A model generated the notes under the pieces. That model saw only the letters and a program-made list of their open reading frames with translations, was not told the DNA's origin and did no database searches. The position numbers and the translations under genes were made by a program. Of a stretch of 64,000 bases of DNA, positions 17,652-27,576 are shown in pieces; the first letter of the stretch is position 1, and each line of letters begins with the position of its first letter. Source of the stretch: a virus (lineage: Duplodnaviria > Heunggongvirae > Uroviricota > Caudoviricetes). Location of the stretch: IMG/VR virus record IMGVR_UViG_3300019845_000023, positions 5,058 through 69,057 of that record, one strand, 5' to 3'.

Positions 17652-18083
17652 TTAGTCAGGTTCTTCGGGAAGCTTTTCATCCCAGTGAATATAAAGATAG
17701 GCTCGTCCATAATAGTAAGTAAAACTTAACTTTGAGGAGCTATGGTTTCTCGAAGTATATATATTGTCAAACCAATATCCCTGCTTAGTGAGAGTATCCC
17801 ACATTTCTTCAGAAGGTATAACAAGATATTCATCTGCGGTGAGGCAAACATAAGAACAGCCTTTATTAGCCTCTCTTTTAATTCTTTTTGTCAATTCTTT
17901 CCAAAATTTCTTCTTCTTTTGGAGAAATGCTTTTTCTTCTTCCCTCTTTATTCTTGCGGCGTTCTTTTCTGCTTCTCGTCTTATTTTATTAGCGTTAAAC
18001 ATCTTTAAACCCCTCTCCGACAGGCGGCATCTCGCCGCAGCCCGTATAATATCGTTTTCCGCAGGTACAATAAGCACCCACAT
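17652..18083 (-). CDS. hypothetical protein
   Basis: ORF track. Confidence 0.5.
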   Translation of the reverse strand: MWVLIVPAENDIIRAAARCRLSERGLKMFNANKIRREAEKNAARIKREEEKAFLQKKKKFWKELTKRIKREANKGCSYVCLTADEYLVIPSEEMWDTLTKQGYWFDNIYTSRNHSSSKLSFTYYYGRAYLYIHWDEKLPEEPD

Positions 18084-18261
18084 CTATTTCTCCGAACTCT
18101 GAATTGTATTCTACGCAATAATGCATTACGCCGTGCCCCTGCACGATGAGGTCCATCCATTGACAGACCTCTGCGTGCTTCTGTGCCCATTCATTTATTT
18201 CTGCAAGCTCGTCATTGGAAATGCGAGCGTCAGCCTTATCCCAAAGTAATCCCCCTGCCAT
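17995..18261 (-). CDS. hypothetical Cys-rich protein
   Basis: ORF track. Confidence 0.45.
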   Translation of the reverse strand: MAGGLLWDKADARISNDELAEINEWAQKHAEVCQWMDLIVQGHGVMHYCVEYNSEFGEIDVGAYCTCGKRYYTGCGEMPPVGEGFKDV

Positions 18262-19391
18262 TATGCGTCCTCCTTTAACTCAATCTTGAAAAGCGAAATG
18301 AACTTCTTGGTATCCATAGTCTCTACGGCATTTACAAGACGACCGTCGTACTCCGCGAAGTACAATGCACCGTACTTGTTCTTACCGTAGTCCTGTGCGA
18401 ACCACTTACGTGCAGTACGGTCGCCCTCCTCGAATGGATGCTCATTCTTCCAAAGAGCTACGTCCTGACGAATCTTCTCCTCTATACCCTCAGCACGGTC
18501 AATCTGATGCTTAACGTCGTCAAACACAGACTGGTACTCAGGGAAGTAAGATAAGAACTCGTAGTGGTCATTTGCACGAATAAGGTCTACGATACGCTCA
18601 AGAGTTAAAACACCATTGTTCTTTGCCTTGTGCATCTCAAAGTAAAGAAGTGTCTTAATCTTTACACGCTCATTGTACTGGTCACGAACTACGATGCCCT
18701 CATGACCCTCTGGCATATCTGCAACAAGCTGACGGTAGTCATTCTCGTTATTTAAGATATAAGCCTTTGGTATCTCAACTCTAAGCATCTTAGAGTATGC
18801 ATGAAGTGCAGGGTTAGTTAACTCGCGTAAGGTTGTCATATAACGCATAGAGAGAAGGTATACCTTAGTCTCAGGATAGTCGATGACTACCTTATTGTAA
18901 GGAGATACAAGCTCGAAAGTCCAGCAGATATTCTCGTAACGATTGCCTACAAAAGTAGACAAAGGAAGAACAGACTCGAAAAGCTCACCGAAGTTCTTGT
19001 AAGGACCTACACCCGCAAGCTCAGCCTTGAAAGCATCAATAGTACCGTTGGTAGAAAGATGCCACTTGCCACGAGCATACCATACAGACATAATAGAGCC
19101 GTCAATCTTCTCGGTTGCAACGGCAGTATTCCAGTCGAGCTTAGCTGCGTAGAACTCGTCTACATTGAAGAACTTCTTGAACGCGTAGCGAACTACACGG
19201 AAGTTGTCCTGAGAATCAAGTATAAGACCACGAGCCTCCTTGCAAATTTCCTGAGAGAAGTCGGAAGCTATTTGGTTATACTTGAAAAGAACGAAGCCGT
19301 CGTCCTCAGAAATCTTTAAGTTGTAAGGCGCATCAGCCAAAAGCTCACGCCAGTTATCGTGTGCAAGGATAAACTCCTGTATCTTTAACAT
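18261..19391 (-). CDS. RNA ligase 1 (T4 RnlA family)
   Basis: nucleotidyltransferase motif I TEKIDGS, EGIVVR motif IV, KIK motif V; start trimmed to MLKIQ after GGGAGAG RBS. Confidence 0.7.
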   Translation of the reverse strand: MLKIQEFILAHDNWRELLADAPYNLKISEDDGFVLFKYNQIASDFSQEICKEARGLILDSQDNFRVVRYAFKKFFNVDEFYAAKLDWNTAVATEKIDGSIMSVWYARGKWHLSTNGTIDAFKAELAGVGPYKNFGELFESVLPLSTFVGNRYENICWTFELVSPYNKVVIDYPETKVYLLSMRYMTTLRELTNPALHAYSKMLRVEIPKAYILNNENDYRQLVADMPEGHEGIVVRDQYNERVKIKTLLYFEMHKAKNNGVLTLERIVDLIRANDHYEFLSYFPEYQSVFDDVKHQIDRAEGIEEKIRQDVALWKNEHPFEEGDRTARKWFAQDYGKNKYGALYFAEYDGRLVNAVETMDTKKFISLFKIELKEDA

Positions 19392-19393
19392 TT

Positions 19394-19606
19394 TTATCTC
19401 TCCCTTATGTATTGCCAAAGCTGATTACCAGCTTTTAACATCGCTTTTATTTCTTTACTATTTTCAATTTGTTCTCTCTCTTCTGGAGTATAAAGCGACA
19501 TAGACCAGCCGCAGAAAGCGGGACTATCGCCTTCATCGAAATCATAATTAAATCTATCAATTATTATTTCGATTTCTTCTTTCGTGAGGTCAAGAGTTAC
19601 TTTCAT
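19394..19606 (-). CDS. hypothetical protein
   Basis: ORF track. Confidence 0.45.
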   Translation of the reverse strand: MKVTLDLTKEEIEIIIDRFNYDFDEGDSPAFCGWSMSLYTPEEREQIENSKEIKAMLKAGNQLWQYIRER

Positions 19607-19833
19607 TTTACCTCTTCCTTCCAGTCTACATTATAGACTTTTTTTAAAGTCTTAATCATATGTTGTCTATAATCGGGAAACCTATTATCTTTCAGCCGAG
19701 CGATAATTTGTTCTTTTGAAGCTGGCTCGAAATTGTTCTCACCCATTGCTGTCAGACAATTCATATCGCCAAGAGCACAAATATCGCAATCAAAACAAGG
19801 GGGTACATCTTTCTCGTCCCAATGACCGAACAT
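19603..19833 (-). CDS. hypothetical Cys-containing protein
   Basis: ORF track. Confidence 0.45.
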   Translation of the reverse strand: MFGHWDEKDVPPCFDCDICALGDMNCLTAMGENNFEPASKEQIIARLKDNRFPDYRQHMIKTLKKVYNVDWKEEVK

Positions 19834-19835
19834 TC

Positions 19836-20189
19836 TTATTCCTCCTTTGTTAAGGGTTTGCCAATGAGTACAATCGCACTTTCATTTTCAATCCTCATTT
19901 TCTCACTCGGAAGTCCTTCCTCTAATGTCAAAATATCTCGCATCTGCATATCATATTCCTCAGTATCCTGTCTAAGAAATTCAAGATAATGAGGACAGTC
20001 GTCTACGTCCCACTCACTATTAGTAGGGTGCGGCTCCCAAGGCGGAGAACGGAAATAACATAAGCCATCACAGTCTGATGGTGCTTTTGGATACCGTTCT
20101 CTTAAGCCGCCAGTAGTTGTGTATTCAAAAAGCTCGCAGTCTTTACATTTTTCCATTATACTTTCCTCATCTTTATAAGGTCGATACAC
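19836..20189 (-). CDS. hypothetical protein
   Basis: ORF track. Confidence 0.5.
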   Translation of the reverse strand: MYRPYKDEESIMEKCKDCELFEYTTTGGLRERYPKAPSDCDGLCYFRSPPWEPHPTNSEWDVDDCPHYLEFLRQDTEEYDMQMRDILTLEEGLPSEKMRIENESAIVLIGKPLTKEE

Positions 20190-20653
20190 ATTTTACCGTC
20201 TATCTCTCTCTTTGAGCCAAAAGCTGGCATATACTCCTTATACCAAATTGCCATAAGGGTAGGAATGTCAATCTTTTCCAATGGAATTGTAACAGTCTCT
20301 TCCATTCTATATTCGCTCTCAAAGAGCATTGCGTTCTCTTCACTCATTCCCAAGTTGCTTTCGGGATACCATTTGATGAGTTCCGCATCGAAATATATGT
20401 CTTGTCCTGTCATTTGATTACGAGTGACATATCTTCCTTCGCCCACTTTGCGTATGAAGAAAGGGCAGGAGAATTCGAGTTTAACTTCATCATTTGATGG
20501 TCCTCTCATATTAAAGACTCTTGAGAAAAAGTTTATATCCTCTTCATTGTTAATGAGAAGAATATAACCTGACTCGCCGTTCTTGGTACAATTAAATTTT
20601 AACTGACCAGCTATGCGTACGTATGAAAGAAGTTCTAATTTAATTGTTTCCAT
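20156..20653 (-). CDS. hypothetical protein
   Basis: ORF track. Confidence 0.5.
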   Translation of the reverse strand: METIKLELLSYVRIAGQLKFNCTKNGESGYILLINNEEDINFFSRVFNMRGPSNDEVKLEFSCPFFIRKVGEGRYVTRNQMTGQDIYFDAELIKWYPESNLGMSEENAMLFESEYRMEETVTIPLEKIDIPTLMAIWYKEYMPAFGSKREIDGKMCIDLIKMRKV

Positions 20654-20657
20654 TTAA

Positions 20658-20861
20658 TTAAACCTCCCCAGATACTATCGGACCTTCAAATCTAAGTATG
20701 CGTGCCGCGCCCCAGACCTGATACTTACAAGGATGTATACGAATATCCTTTGCAGGACGCTCAAGAGCTGTGCTTATTGATTCATCAGTTACATTACATA
20801 CATAACCGCCCTCGAATATTTCTCCGCAGTTTTCACACTTATATATTATTTTCAGTTTCAT
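20658..20861 (-). CDS. zinc-ribbon small protein
   Basis: CENCG...C motifs. Confidence 0.45.
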   Translation of the reverse strand: MKLKIIYKCENCGEIFEGGYVCNVTDESISTALERPAKDIRIHPCKYQVWGAARILRFEGPIVSGEV

Positions 20862-20882
20862 TATTTTTACTTCCTTTCCTTA

Positions 20883-20931
20883 ACTTTCTATATATATTAT
20901 ATCATAAAATATAAAAAATGTCAAAAATTTT
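20883..20931 (-). promoter_or_regulatory. promoter block variant (TTGACA)
   Basis: same motif. Confidence 0.55.
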
Positions 20932-20958
20932 AAAGGGCGGCACATTACTATGCCGCCC
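20928..20958 (-). terminator. GC hairpin terminator before the next promoter
   Basis: GGGCGGCA-loop-UGCCGCCC then UUUAAAAUUUUU. Confidence 0.45.
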
Positions 20959-20963
20959 TAATT

Positions 20964-21227
20964 TTATCTCCACTCGTCAATATTTGAACCGCATCCGTCT
21001 TCGCATAAGGCAACGAAGGAGTCAACTTTGTTTTCTCCTATATAGAAGTCAAAATTTACAGAATTAAACCAGTCCTTGAAGCCCTTTAGATAAATTCTCG
21101 TATGCATGGAGTGTATCTCAATGTAGTCAATTTCATAAAATTCGTCTACTTCGAGTTCTTCTCTTGGGTGCTTTCCTCCGTCCCATCCTGCGGTAGGATG
21201 GGTAAATCTTGCACGATAAAGTTCCAT
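20964..21227 (-). CDS. hypothetical protein
   Basis: ORF track. Confidence 0.5.
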   Translation of the reverse strand: MELYRARFTHPTAGWDGGKHPREELEVDEFYEIDYIEIHSMHTRIYLKGFKDWFNSVNFDFYIGENKVDSFVALCEDGCGSNIDEWR

Positions 21228-21240
21228 CTTATCTTCCTCC

Positions 21241-21558
21241 TTAAATTAATACATCTGATATAGAACTGCGATACTTTGTCCAGTCTCGGTCAGCTATAAC
21301 TATACGAGCCTGCCGATTCCACTTATCGGCAGGATAAAAGACTGATGGATAGGGAAGTTTATTCAGTAAATCATAAACCGAGTCGGTTTTGATATAGAGG
21401 TGGTCCTTTCCATCTTTTTCTATGAGCTGCCCATACTTATTTAGTATTTTCTCATACTTGTAAAGCTTCTTCTTTTGATATTGTAGCGATGCGTCTGACT
21501 CGATGACAATATCAATTGTCGTCCTCATTCGCTTCAGCCTCCTTGTATGCGTCTGCAA
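21241..21558 (-). CDS. hypothetical protein
   Basis: ORF track. Confidence 0.5.
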   Translation of the reverse strand: MQTHTRRLKRMRTTIDIVIESDASLQYQKKKLYKYEKILNKYGQLIEKDGKDHLYIKTDSVYDLLNKLPYPSVFYPADKWNRQARIVIADRDWTKYRSSISDVLI

Positions 21559-21760
21559 GCTTATCGTAGAGTACCATTATCTGCTTATGAGTCTCGTCGA
21601 ACTCATCTACATTGAGCTGGTCTTCCTTCTTTTCTACCTTACCAGAAAGAGTATCAGCGAGTTTCTGTGCCGCCATCTGATGAAATGCTCCAACACCTGC
21701 CGCAACGACAAGGTATTCTGCCAAATCGAGTTCGAGTTTTATCTTCATATTCTCATTCAT
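21512..21760 (-). CDS. hypothetical acidic protein
   Basis: ORF track. Confidence 0.45.
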   Translation of the reverse strand: MNENMKIKLELDLAEYLVVAAGVGAFHQMAAQKLADTLSGKVEKKEDQLNVDEFDETHKQIMVLYDKLADAYKEAEANEDDN

Positions 21761-21761
21761 T

Positions 21762-22163
21762 TTAATTTATCTCCTTCCAAGAAATCGTTAAGTCGTATGA
21801 GCTAAACCAGTGACCATCGCTATATTTAACTTCTGTCTTATAGCCAAGTTCACCTAAAACGTCCTGTATTATCTTCAAGTAATTGGACATTTCTTGCCAT
21901 ATTTCTGTCAAATAGTCGTCTGATGTTATATACTTTGAACATTCAGCTCTTCCTTTTTCAATGGCACTTGTAATTCTTGTCTTAATCTGTCTGGTTAATT
22001 CGCCGATGTCTTCTTTTGTTTTTTCATAGAGATTACTGGCACCGCTAGGCCGCGCCGTCTCAGCTGTTGGCAGTCCGCTGAGATTAGCTATGACTATGTC
22101 ACGGACTTCCTTTGAAAGGTCCTCAGCTGGCGGAGCTATCTGCTTCTTCTTTTTTCCGAACAT
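21762..22163 (-). CDS. hypothetical protein
   Basis: ORF track. Confidence 0.5.
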   Translation of the reverse strand: MFGKKKKQIAPPAEDLSKEVRDIVIANLSGLPTAETARPSGASNLYEKTKEDIGELTRQIKTRITSAIEKGRAECSKYITSDDYLTEIWQEMSNYLKIIQDVLGELGYKTEVKYSDGHWFSSYDLTISWKEIN

Positions 22164-22381
22164 TATGCTTCTCCTCTCAAAATTCTTGGGTCAATCTTAT
22201 CAGTCTCAACATCTATTTGCTTAAAGATAAGCTCAATATTGAGAACATCTGACAAAGCACTTGCTGACGAATCGCCAATAGAAGCTCCCCATTTTAACAT
22301 AGAGTTGTAATAGCCAAGACCTTTGGTAAGAGTTCTTAGTTGTGGTAAGGTAAGGTCAAGCTGTACTTTTATTTCGTCCAT
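22163..22381 (-). CDS. hypothetical protein
   Basis: ORF track. Confidence 0.45.
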   Translation of the reverse strand: MDEIKVQLDLTLPQLRTLTKGLGYYNSMLKWGASIGDSSASALSDVLNIELIFKQIDVETDKIDPRILRGEA

Positions 22382-22893
22382 TATATATCCTCCTTATAAG
22401 CATCAGGCCAGTTCTCCTTTGGACAAAAGCTAACAGGTTTCTTGTATCTGTAAGCCTTTTTGAGTGTACTCCAAACGCCGCCCTTCTGATGTCCATCGAA
22501 AATAGCAAACATAAAGTCACAGTTCTTCGCCATATACTCGTCACGGTCATTGTCGCAACCCCTTACCCAAGCATCATGGATATTAATAACCTCGTCTGCT
22601 CTCTCCATAATCTGATTATATACAGGGTCTTTTCTGCCATAACCTGTACAAGGACAAATACAACTTACCTTAACAGGAAAGCCTGACTGTTTCATTAGTG
22701 TGGCAACATATCCCATTACGATATCTGCGCCACTTGCCATACCTGTGAATACAGTTATTTCGCCGTACTTGTCAATAAATTCTTTCAGGGTATTATGTAT
22801 CCAGTAACGAATGGGAGCCCATTCGTTACCTCTAACATCAAGGGGCAGACCAAGACGCTCTGGTCTGTGCCCCGTCATAGCTATTGTTTTCAT
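22381..22893 (-). CDS. SLOG-superfamily protein (DUF1273 / YpsA-like)
   Basis: IAMTGHRPERLG N-terminus and GxxSGADIV motif match YpsA. Confidence 0.6.
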   Translation of the reverse strand: MKTIAMTGHRPERLGLPLDVRGNEWAPIRYWIHNTLKEFIDKYGEITVFTGMASGADIVMGYVATLMKQSGFPVKVSCICPCTGYGRKDPVYNQIMERADEVINIHDAWVRGCDNDRDEYMAKNCDFMFAIFDGHQKGGVWSTLKKAYRYKKPVSFCPKENWPDAYKEDI

Positions 22894-23600
22894 TAGATTA
22901 CCTCCTTATAGATGAAAGTAATATCTGCTCCATACTTCTTCTTTCTCTTTACCTGTGAATTGCAGCAGTCCTTTAAGGAGCTCTTAATCTGTGGAGCGTC
23001 CTGTCCGCAGTATGCAGAAATGAACTGCGCCGCCTGACCTAATCTGAGGTTCTCAGCAGTATTACCGCCAGTTGTTACTGTAAAGAGAACGCCATTGTCC
23101 TCTATATCAACTGGAACAGAAGAGCTACCCTTCTTCTTGTTCTTCTTCTTCTTTGTTTTAACAGAACCGTCGGAGTTTAATCCGTGGCTCTTATAGACAT
23201 TCTTACGTCTGTTTGAAGAAAGGTCAGGTGTTCCTCTTAAACCATGAATGTACTCAAAAGCGCCAATCTCCTTAAGTCCCTCAATGAAGGTCTCAAGAGC
23301 CTCATCGTGCTCGTTTTCCTTCTTTGAAAGCCAACGGAGGTTCTTTAAAGAGTTGTCACGCTTGTTGTGGTTAATGTGGTCAACTGTAAGAGTCTCATCT
23401 GCTACTGGCATCCAAGTCTTTAATACCAGACGATGAGCAGGAATCCATATCGAACCGAAGCGGAAGATAAGGTATCCCTGACAAGGAGCAGGAAAGATTT
23501 CCTTCTTGTCCTTGTCTCTGAAGCGACCCTGATTGGATACGTATACATTATATTCTTTATTGAACTTCCAACGCTCTATTGAGAAATGAATATTGAACAT
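22893..23600 (-). CDS. HNH homing endonuclease-like protein
   Basis: AHRLV...DHINHNKRDN...NLRWLSKKEN HNH motif. Confidence 0.65.
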   Translation of the reverse strand: MFNIHFSIERWKFNKEYNVYVSNQGRFRDKDKKEIFPAPCQGYLIFRFGSIWIPAHRLVLKTWMPVADETLTVDHINHNKRDNSLKNLRWLSKKENEHDEALETFIEGLKEIGAFEYIHGLRGTPDLSSNRRKNVYKSHGLNSDGSVKTKKKKNKKKGSSSVPVDIEDNGVLFTVTTGGNTAENLRLGQAAQFISAYCGQDAPQIKSSLKDCCNSQVKRKKKYGADITFIYKEVI

Positions 23601-23620
23601 AATTTTTACTTCCTTTCTGA

Positions 23621-23670
23621 TTTTCTATATATATTATATCATAATATATAAAAAAAGTCAAAGAATTTTT
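23621..23670 (-). promoter_or_regulatory. promoter block; -35 lies inside a terminator hairpin
   Basis: same motif. Confidence 0.55.
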
Positions 23671-23681
23671 AGTTCTTTGAC
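23650..23681 (-). terminator. terminator hairpin overlapping promoter -35
   Basis: GUCAAAGAA-loop-UUCUUUGAC then U7. Confidence 0.5.
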
Positions 23682-23693
23682 TCTCAAAATCAG

Positions 23694-24329
23694 TTATGTG
23701 AACTCAATATCATAGATTTTCTTGGAGAATTTATGTCTCTTAAAGGTAATATGACCGCCGATTTCAAGTCTTTCCCAGTCTCCCTCTGATATTTTATAGG
23801 TCTGATATTCTCCTTCCTCATCTACTCCGATAACTTCGTACCATTTATCTGTGCCGCGGCGCCGCTTATCTCCGAGTTGAGGGTTGTCAACATCATATGG
23901 AAGGTCGCAAGGCTTTTCGCAAGGAGTAGACCCCTCTAATCCGCTATTATCTATTGAGCCATTGTTGCACCATTCATTAGTCTTGTAATGATAGCGGGTA
24001 GTATAGTAATACTCATAATGATACTTCTCAGAATGATAGTGTCCATCTGAGTCTGTGTATGCAGACTTGTCAACTACCTTCTTCTGATGTCGTATTTGTT
24101 CTGTCCAAATATCATATGCATCTGCTGGCGGCCACCATTCAGATGTATGTGAGCAAGCTTTATAGCGTTGTACAGGTATATCCCAGTTCCAACGCAGATG
24201 CTCGATTGTCATTGAACCTGTGACTGGTATGGAGAGAAATATGATAATACTCGCAAGTATAGTTATAGCTATTGCTCCGATACAGCCCTCTTCGTGGTCG
24301 TAATAAAACTCTTTAATACGCTCTATCAT
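23694..24329 (-). CDS. membrane-anchored hypothetical protein
   Basis: ORF track; N-terminal TM helix. Confidence 0.5.
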   Translation of the reverse strand: MIERIKEFYYDHEEGCIGAIAITILASIIIFLSIPVTGSMTIEHLRWNWDIPVQRYKACSHTSEWWPPADAYDIWTEQIRHQKKVVDKSAYTDSDGHYHSEKYHYEYYYTTRYHYKTNEWCNNGSIDNSGLEGSTPCEKPCDLPYDVDNPQLGDKRRRGTDKWYEVIGVDEEGEYQTYKISEGDWERLEIGGHITFKRHKFSKKIYDIEFT

Positions 24330-24637
24330 AGCTTATTGTATCCTTTCTCTTGATGCTCCGCCGCCAAGTCAAGAAGAGACTGCGGAGCGACTCGTCCCTC
24401 TTTCTCATAGTACCTGTTAATTTGTGCTGGTCTTGCGATAAGAGTTGTGACCAGCCTGTTTGTGATTGCATTATAGATGATAATGATGCCAGTATCGGTT
24501 ACGCAATGTATCTCAGGACCGTCTTTATGACCTCTATCCCAGTAGAACTTTTCAATAACATTGCCATAACCGATGACATCGTGGATGAACTTCTCGCGTG
24601 AGCTACGCTCATTTTTATAATGGCTTGTTCTCTCCAT
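24326..24637 (-). CDS. hypothetical protein
   Basis: ORF track. Confidence 0.5.
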   Translation of the reverse strand: MERTSHYKNERSSREKFIHDVIGYGNVIEKFYWDRGHKDGPEIHCVTDTGIIIIYNAITNRLVTTLIARPAQINRYYEKEGRVAPQSLLDLAAEHQEKGYNKL

Positions 24638-24938
24638 TTCTTATAAGCTCCTCTCTGTAAGGACATCCTTCGCAAGTATCTGTGTTACATTCGCCGCACC
24701 AAGCGTTTGCAGGAATAGGATTTTCAATGGGCATATTTTCATAAGGCTTTTTAAGTTCTCTTTCCATAAACTCTTCGTCCTCCTTCTGTACTCTCTTAAA
24801 CTCTGCGATTACTTTTTCGCTAAAACCTTGGAATGGTCTGTACTCATATTTGCACCCCTCACAAGTGCTGGCACCGCATTCGCCGCACCAAACACCAAGA
24901 GCGTTCCAACCTATTCCATCTTTGTGTAAGCCACTCAT
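24615..24938 (-). CDS. duplicated Cys-rich (CGECxxxTCEGC) protein
   Basis: two zinc-ribbon-like repeats. Confidence 0.5.
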   Translation of the reverse strand: MSGLHKDGIGWNALGVWCGECGASTCEGCKYEYRPFQGFSEKVIAEFKRVQKEDEEFMERELKKPYENMPIENPIPANAWCGECNTDTCEGCPYREELIRNGENKPL

Positions 24939-25279
24939 TCCATTTCCTCCATTTCCTTTTCAAGGAGCTTCTTGAACTCCATAACTCTCTGAATGTACCA
25001 AGGCTCCTCCATAGTCTTCTCGATAAGCTCCTTGTTATTCTCAATCCACTCAACGCACTGGCGGCGAGTCTTCTGGATAGTAATGCAAGTACCAGAGTAG
25101 AGGTCTGTTGCCGCCCACTTAGTCCAGCCTGCACGCTTAGTGCAAATCTTGTGGAAACCGATTGTGTAGTCGTCATTTGCCCAACCAGAGACAATCTTAA
25201 TGGGCTTTTCAGCCTTGTCTATAAGTCTGATTGGGAATGTGTGCATATGAAAACCCATTAAGATACCTCCTTTAATCAA
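24935..25279 (-). CDS. hypothetical protein
   Basis: ORF track. Confidence 0.5.
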   Translation of the reverse strand: MIKGGILMGFHMHTFPIRLIDKAEKPIKIVSGWANDDYTIGFHKICTKRAGWTKWAATDLYSGTCITIQKTRRQCVEWIENNKELIEKTMEEPWYIQRVMEFKKLLEKEMEEME

Positions 25280-26123
25280 TCCATTTAAGTAAAATCTGAC
25301 AATGCGTATTGTCTACGAGGTCTATGTCGAAGTCCTCCTTAACCTTTTCCTTTACGAAAGGAAGGATATACTGTCTTGCATAGACGATTTCATAGTTGCC
25401 GTTCTCGATTATTTTATTGAGTAAGTCCTCAAAGTAGATTGGGAAATAGTTTTCTCTTACTTCTCTCTCCCAGTTCTCGATATAACGATACTTCATAAGG
25501 AAGTGAAGAACGTCTTTATTTTCAACTTCACAGCTTCTTTCATCTGCATCATAGCCGTTATGAACAAGGAAATTCTGCCACTGTTTTGTATCAAACTCGT
25601 GTATTTTATCATAATACTTGTTCCAATATTCATTACGGAAATTATGAATACCGCTCTGTGTATGTTCTACTATTGGGTTAACAAGATTTACAGACCTGTC
25701 AACCATCATATCTCTGATAGCGATATACTTATAGTTATCATTAAGAACGTGATTCCAGAAGTCATCAATTTCCTCATCAGTGCAGTAAGAATAAACCTCG
25801 TGGATAACGCTACTAAGATTAAGGAGATAATTCTCTTTTACTTGAACTCCTCCAAGGTTTACTGCCGCCTTCATAAAAGGACAGTTTGTTAATGCCCTGT
25901 CGAGCATCTTCTCGTTATTATCGACTCCGATGAATTTAACGTTCTCATTATGCTGAAGATACAACTGCTGATAAGCTTTGTCGATAAGTGCTCCGTCAGC
26001 ACAACCGAAGTCAACAACTGCGTCTATCTTTTCATTTTCAAGAAGTGGTATCCAGAACAGTTTGTCGTCAAGCGACTTCTGCATACCTTCTATATATGTT
26101 GTATAATTATCAATAGCTGTCAT
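25272..26123 (-). CDS. class I SAM-dependent methyltransferase
   Basis: motif I VVDFGCADG. Confidence 0.55.
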   Translation of the reverse strand: MTAIDNYTTYIEGMQKSLDDKLFWIPLLENEKIDAVVDFGCADGALIDKAYQQLYLQHNENVKFIGVDNNEKMLDRALTNCPFMKAAVNLGGVQVKENYLLNLSSVIHEVYSYCTDEEIDDFWNHVLNDNYKYIAIRDMMVDRSVNLVNPIVEHTQSGIHNFRNEYWNKYYDKIHEFDTKQWQNFLVHNGYDADERSCEVENKDVLHFLMKYRYIENWEREVRENYFPIYFEDLLNKIIENGNYEIVYARQYILPFVKEKVKEDFDIDLVDNTHCQILLKWID

Positions 26124-26143
26124 TTAACATCTTTCCTTTCATC

Positions 26144-26190
26144 TTTTCTATATATATTATAACATAAAATATAAAAAATGTCAAATTTTT
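26144..26190 (-). promoter_or_regulatory. consensus promoter block
   Basis: same motif. Confidence 0.6.
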
Positions 26191-26192
26191 AT

Positions 26193-26220
26193 TAAAAAGA
26201 AAAGGAGCATTACTGCTCCT
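26193..26220 (-). terminator. rho-independent terminator
   Basis: AGGAGC-loop-GCUCCU then UUUUCUUUUU. Confidence 0.5.
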
Positions 26221-26229
26221 TTCTCTCTT

Positions 26230-26676
26230 TTATTCTCCCTTATTTCTTGCGTCTACTGGAATGTCATCGACAGAAGGTATGTCCTCAATAACATCAAAGT
26301 CATTGCAGGCATATTCATTCCACCAGTTTGTCCACTTATTATTAGCCCAATACTGAGCATCAGTTAAATCGCTATTATATTTCTCGACCTCATCCCAAAG
26401 GTTAGGGTCTTCAGCACCATTTTCCCAAAGCGTTATACGAGCTGACAGTCCTCTATAGCGACTATCCCACTCTTTATAAGAAGTTTCATAACCACTTTTT
26501 GACCTTTCTGTTGCCGCAGTACCTGCTAATGCTATCGTGCCGCCGCCTCCTATGAAGAGACAAAGTATTACCATCCAAGCTCCAGCATCTGGTATCCAAT
26601 CGGTTAATGAAGATGGAAGGAGAAGACCTAAAAGTCCGATAGCTAACATTGATATTAATATAATTCCGAGTATCAT
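26230..26676 (-). CDS. membrane protein, paralog A (W-rich C-terminus)
   Basis: TM helices; tandem paralog of 26678-27106. Confidence 0.5.
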   Translation of the reverse strand: MILGIILISMLAIGLLGLLLPSSLTDWIPDAGAWMVILCLFIGGGGTIALAGTAATERSKSGYETSYKEWDSRYRGLSARITLWENGAEDPNLWDEVEKYNSDLTDAQYWANNKWTNWWNEYACNDFDVIEDIPSVDDIPVDARNKGE

Positions 26677-26677
26677 A

Positions 26678-27106
26678 TTATTCCTCGCTTTCTATCATAT
26701 TCTTTGGTATTTCAATCTTATCAAAATGCTGACAAGCGCTGTCATTAAACCAGTTTGTCCAAAGATTAGAGCTCCAGTATTGCTCATCTACAAGCTCTAC
26801 GTTGAAATTTGTTATGTCGCTGAAAAGAGTATTGTCTGCATTGCCCTGTTCCCACAGGTCTATTCTTTCTTCCAGTGCCGCGCGTCTGGTATCCCACTTT
26901 TTATACGAGTTGTCATACTGACACTGTTCTATGGGAATTGCAAAAGCACAAATTGCACTTGCTCCAATGCCGCATATACAAAGCAGCTGAGCAAATAGAG
27001 CCACTCCAAAATGGTTGTCAAAATAGCAACGGTCCTTCTTTAAACCTATCACTCTTATAACATAGGCAATAATGATTGCGCTTATAAAGATTAACATAAG
27101 TATCAT
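26678..27106 (-). CDS. membrane protein, paralog B
   Basis: shares QYW..N.WTNW.N..AC..FD motif with the neighbour. Confidence 0.5.
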   Translation of the reverse strand: MILMLIFISAIIIAYVIRVIGLKKDRCYFDNHFGVALFAQLLCICGIGASAICAFAIPIEQCQYDNSYKKWDTRRAALEERIDLWEQGNADNTLFSDITNFNVELVDEQYWSSNLWTNWFNDSACQHFDKIEIPKNMIESEE

Positions 27107-27108
27107 AA

Positions 27109-27564
27109 TTAGTCCTCCTTAATAGATGTTCCTCTTATATCTGACATAAACATAACATACTGGTCAATAACTTCCTGCAAAAATTCATTTGCAGAAACTT
27201 CTTCCCATTCTTTTTCCCATTCCTTTACAGGGTCTTCTGCTTCACAAGCCTTTGAGAAAATAGTATCTATCTCAACTGTTGGTACAGATGGGCCGCCATT
27301 ATCATTGTCCATAGAAGTCTTGAGCACAGGAATCTGAAACTCATTAAATGAGACACCAAGTGCTCTATATACTTCAAATGGCACAGAATAAACGAATACT
27401 ACTCGATTGTCTTTACGATTACGATAAGCTTTACCAACTAAAGGCTTTAATCTTTCTTTCTGTATCTCGCGTCTCTGTTCTGAAAGATGAAAAAGCTCAC
27501 TGTTAATCCTTATTGACTCTTCATTGAGTTCGTGATATTTTTCTTTTATCTCTTTTAATGTCAT
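27109..27564 (-). CDS. hypothetical protein
   Basis: ORF track. Confidence 0.5.
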   Translation of the reverse strand: MTLKEIKEKYHELNEESIRINSELFHLSEQRREIQKERLKPLVGKAYRNRKDNRVVFVYSVPFEVYRALGVSFNEFQIPVLKTSMDNDNGGPSVPTVEIDTIFSKACEAEDPVKEWEKEWEEVSANEFLQEVIDQYVMFMSDIRGTSIKED

Positions 27565-27576
27565 ATTGTTTCCTCC

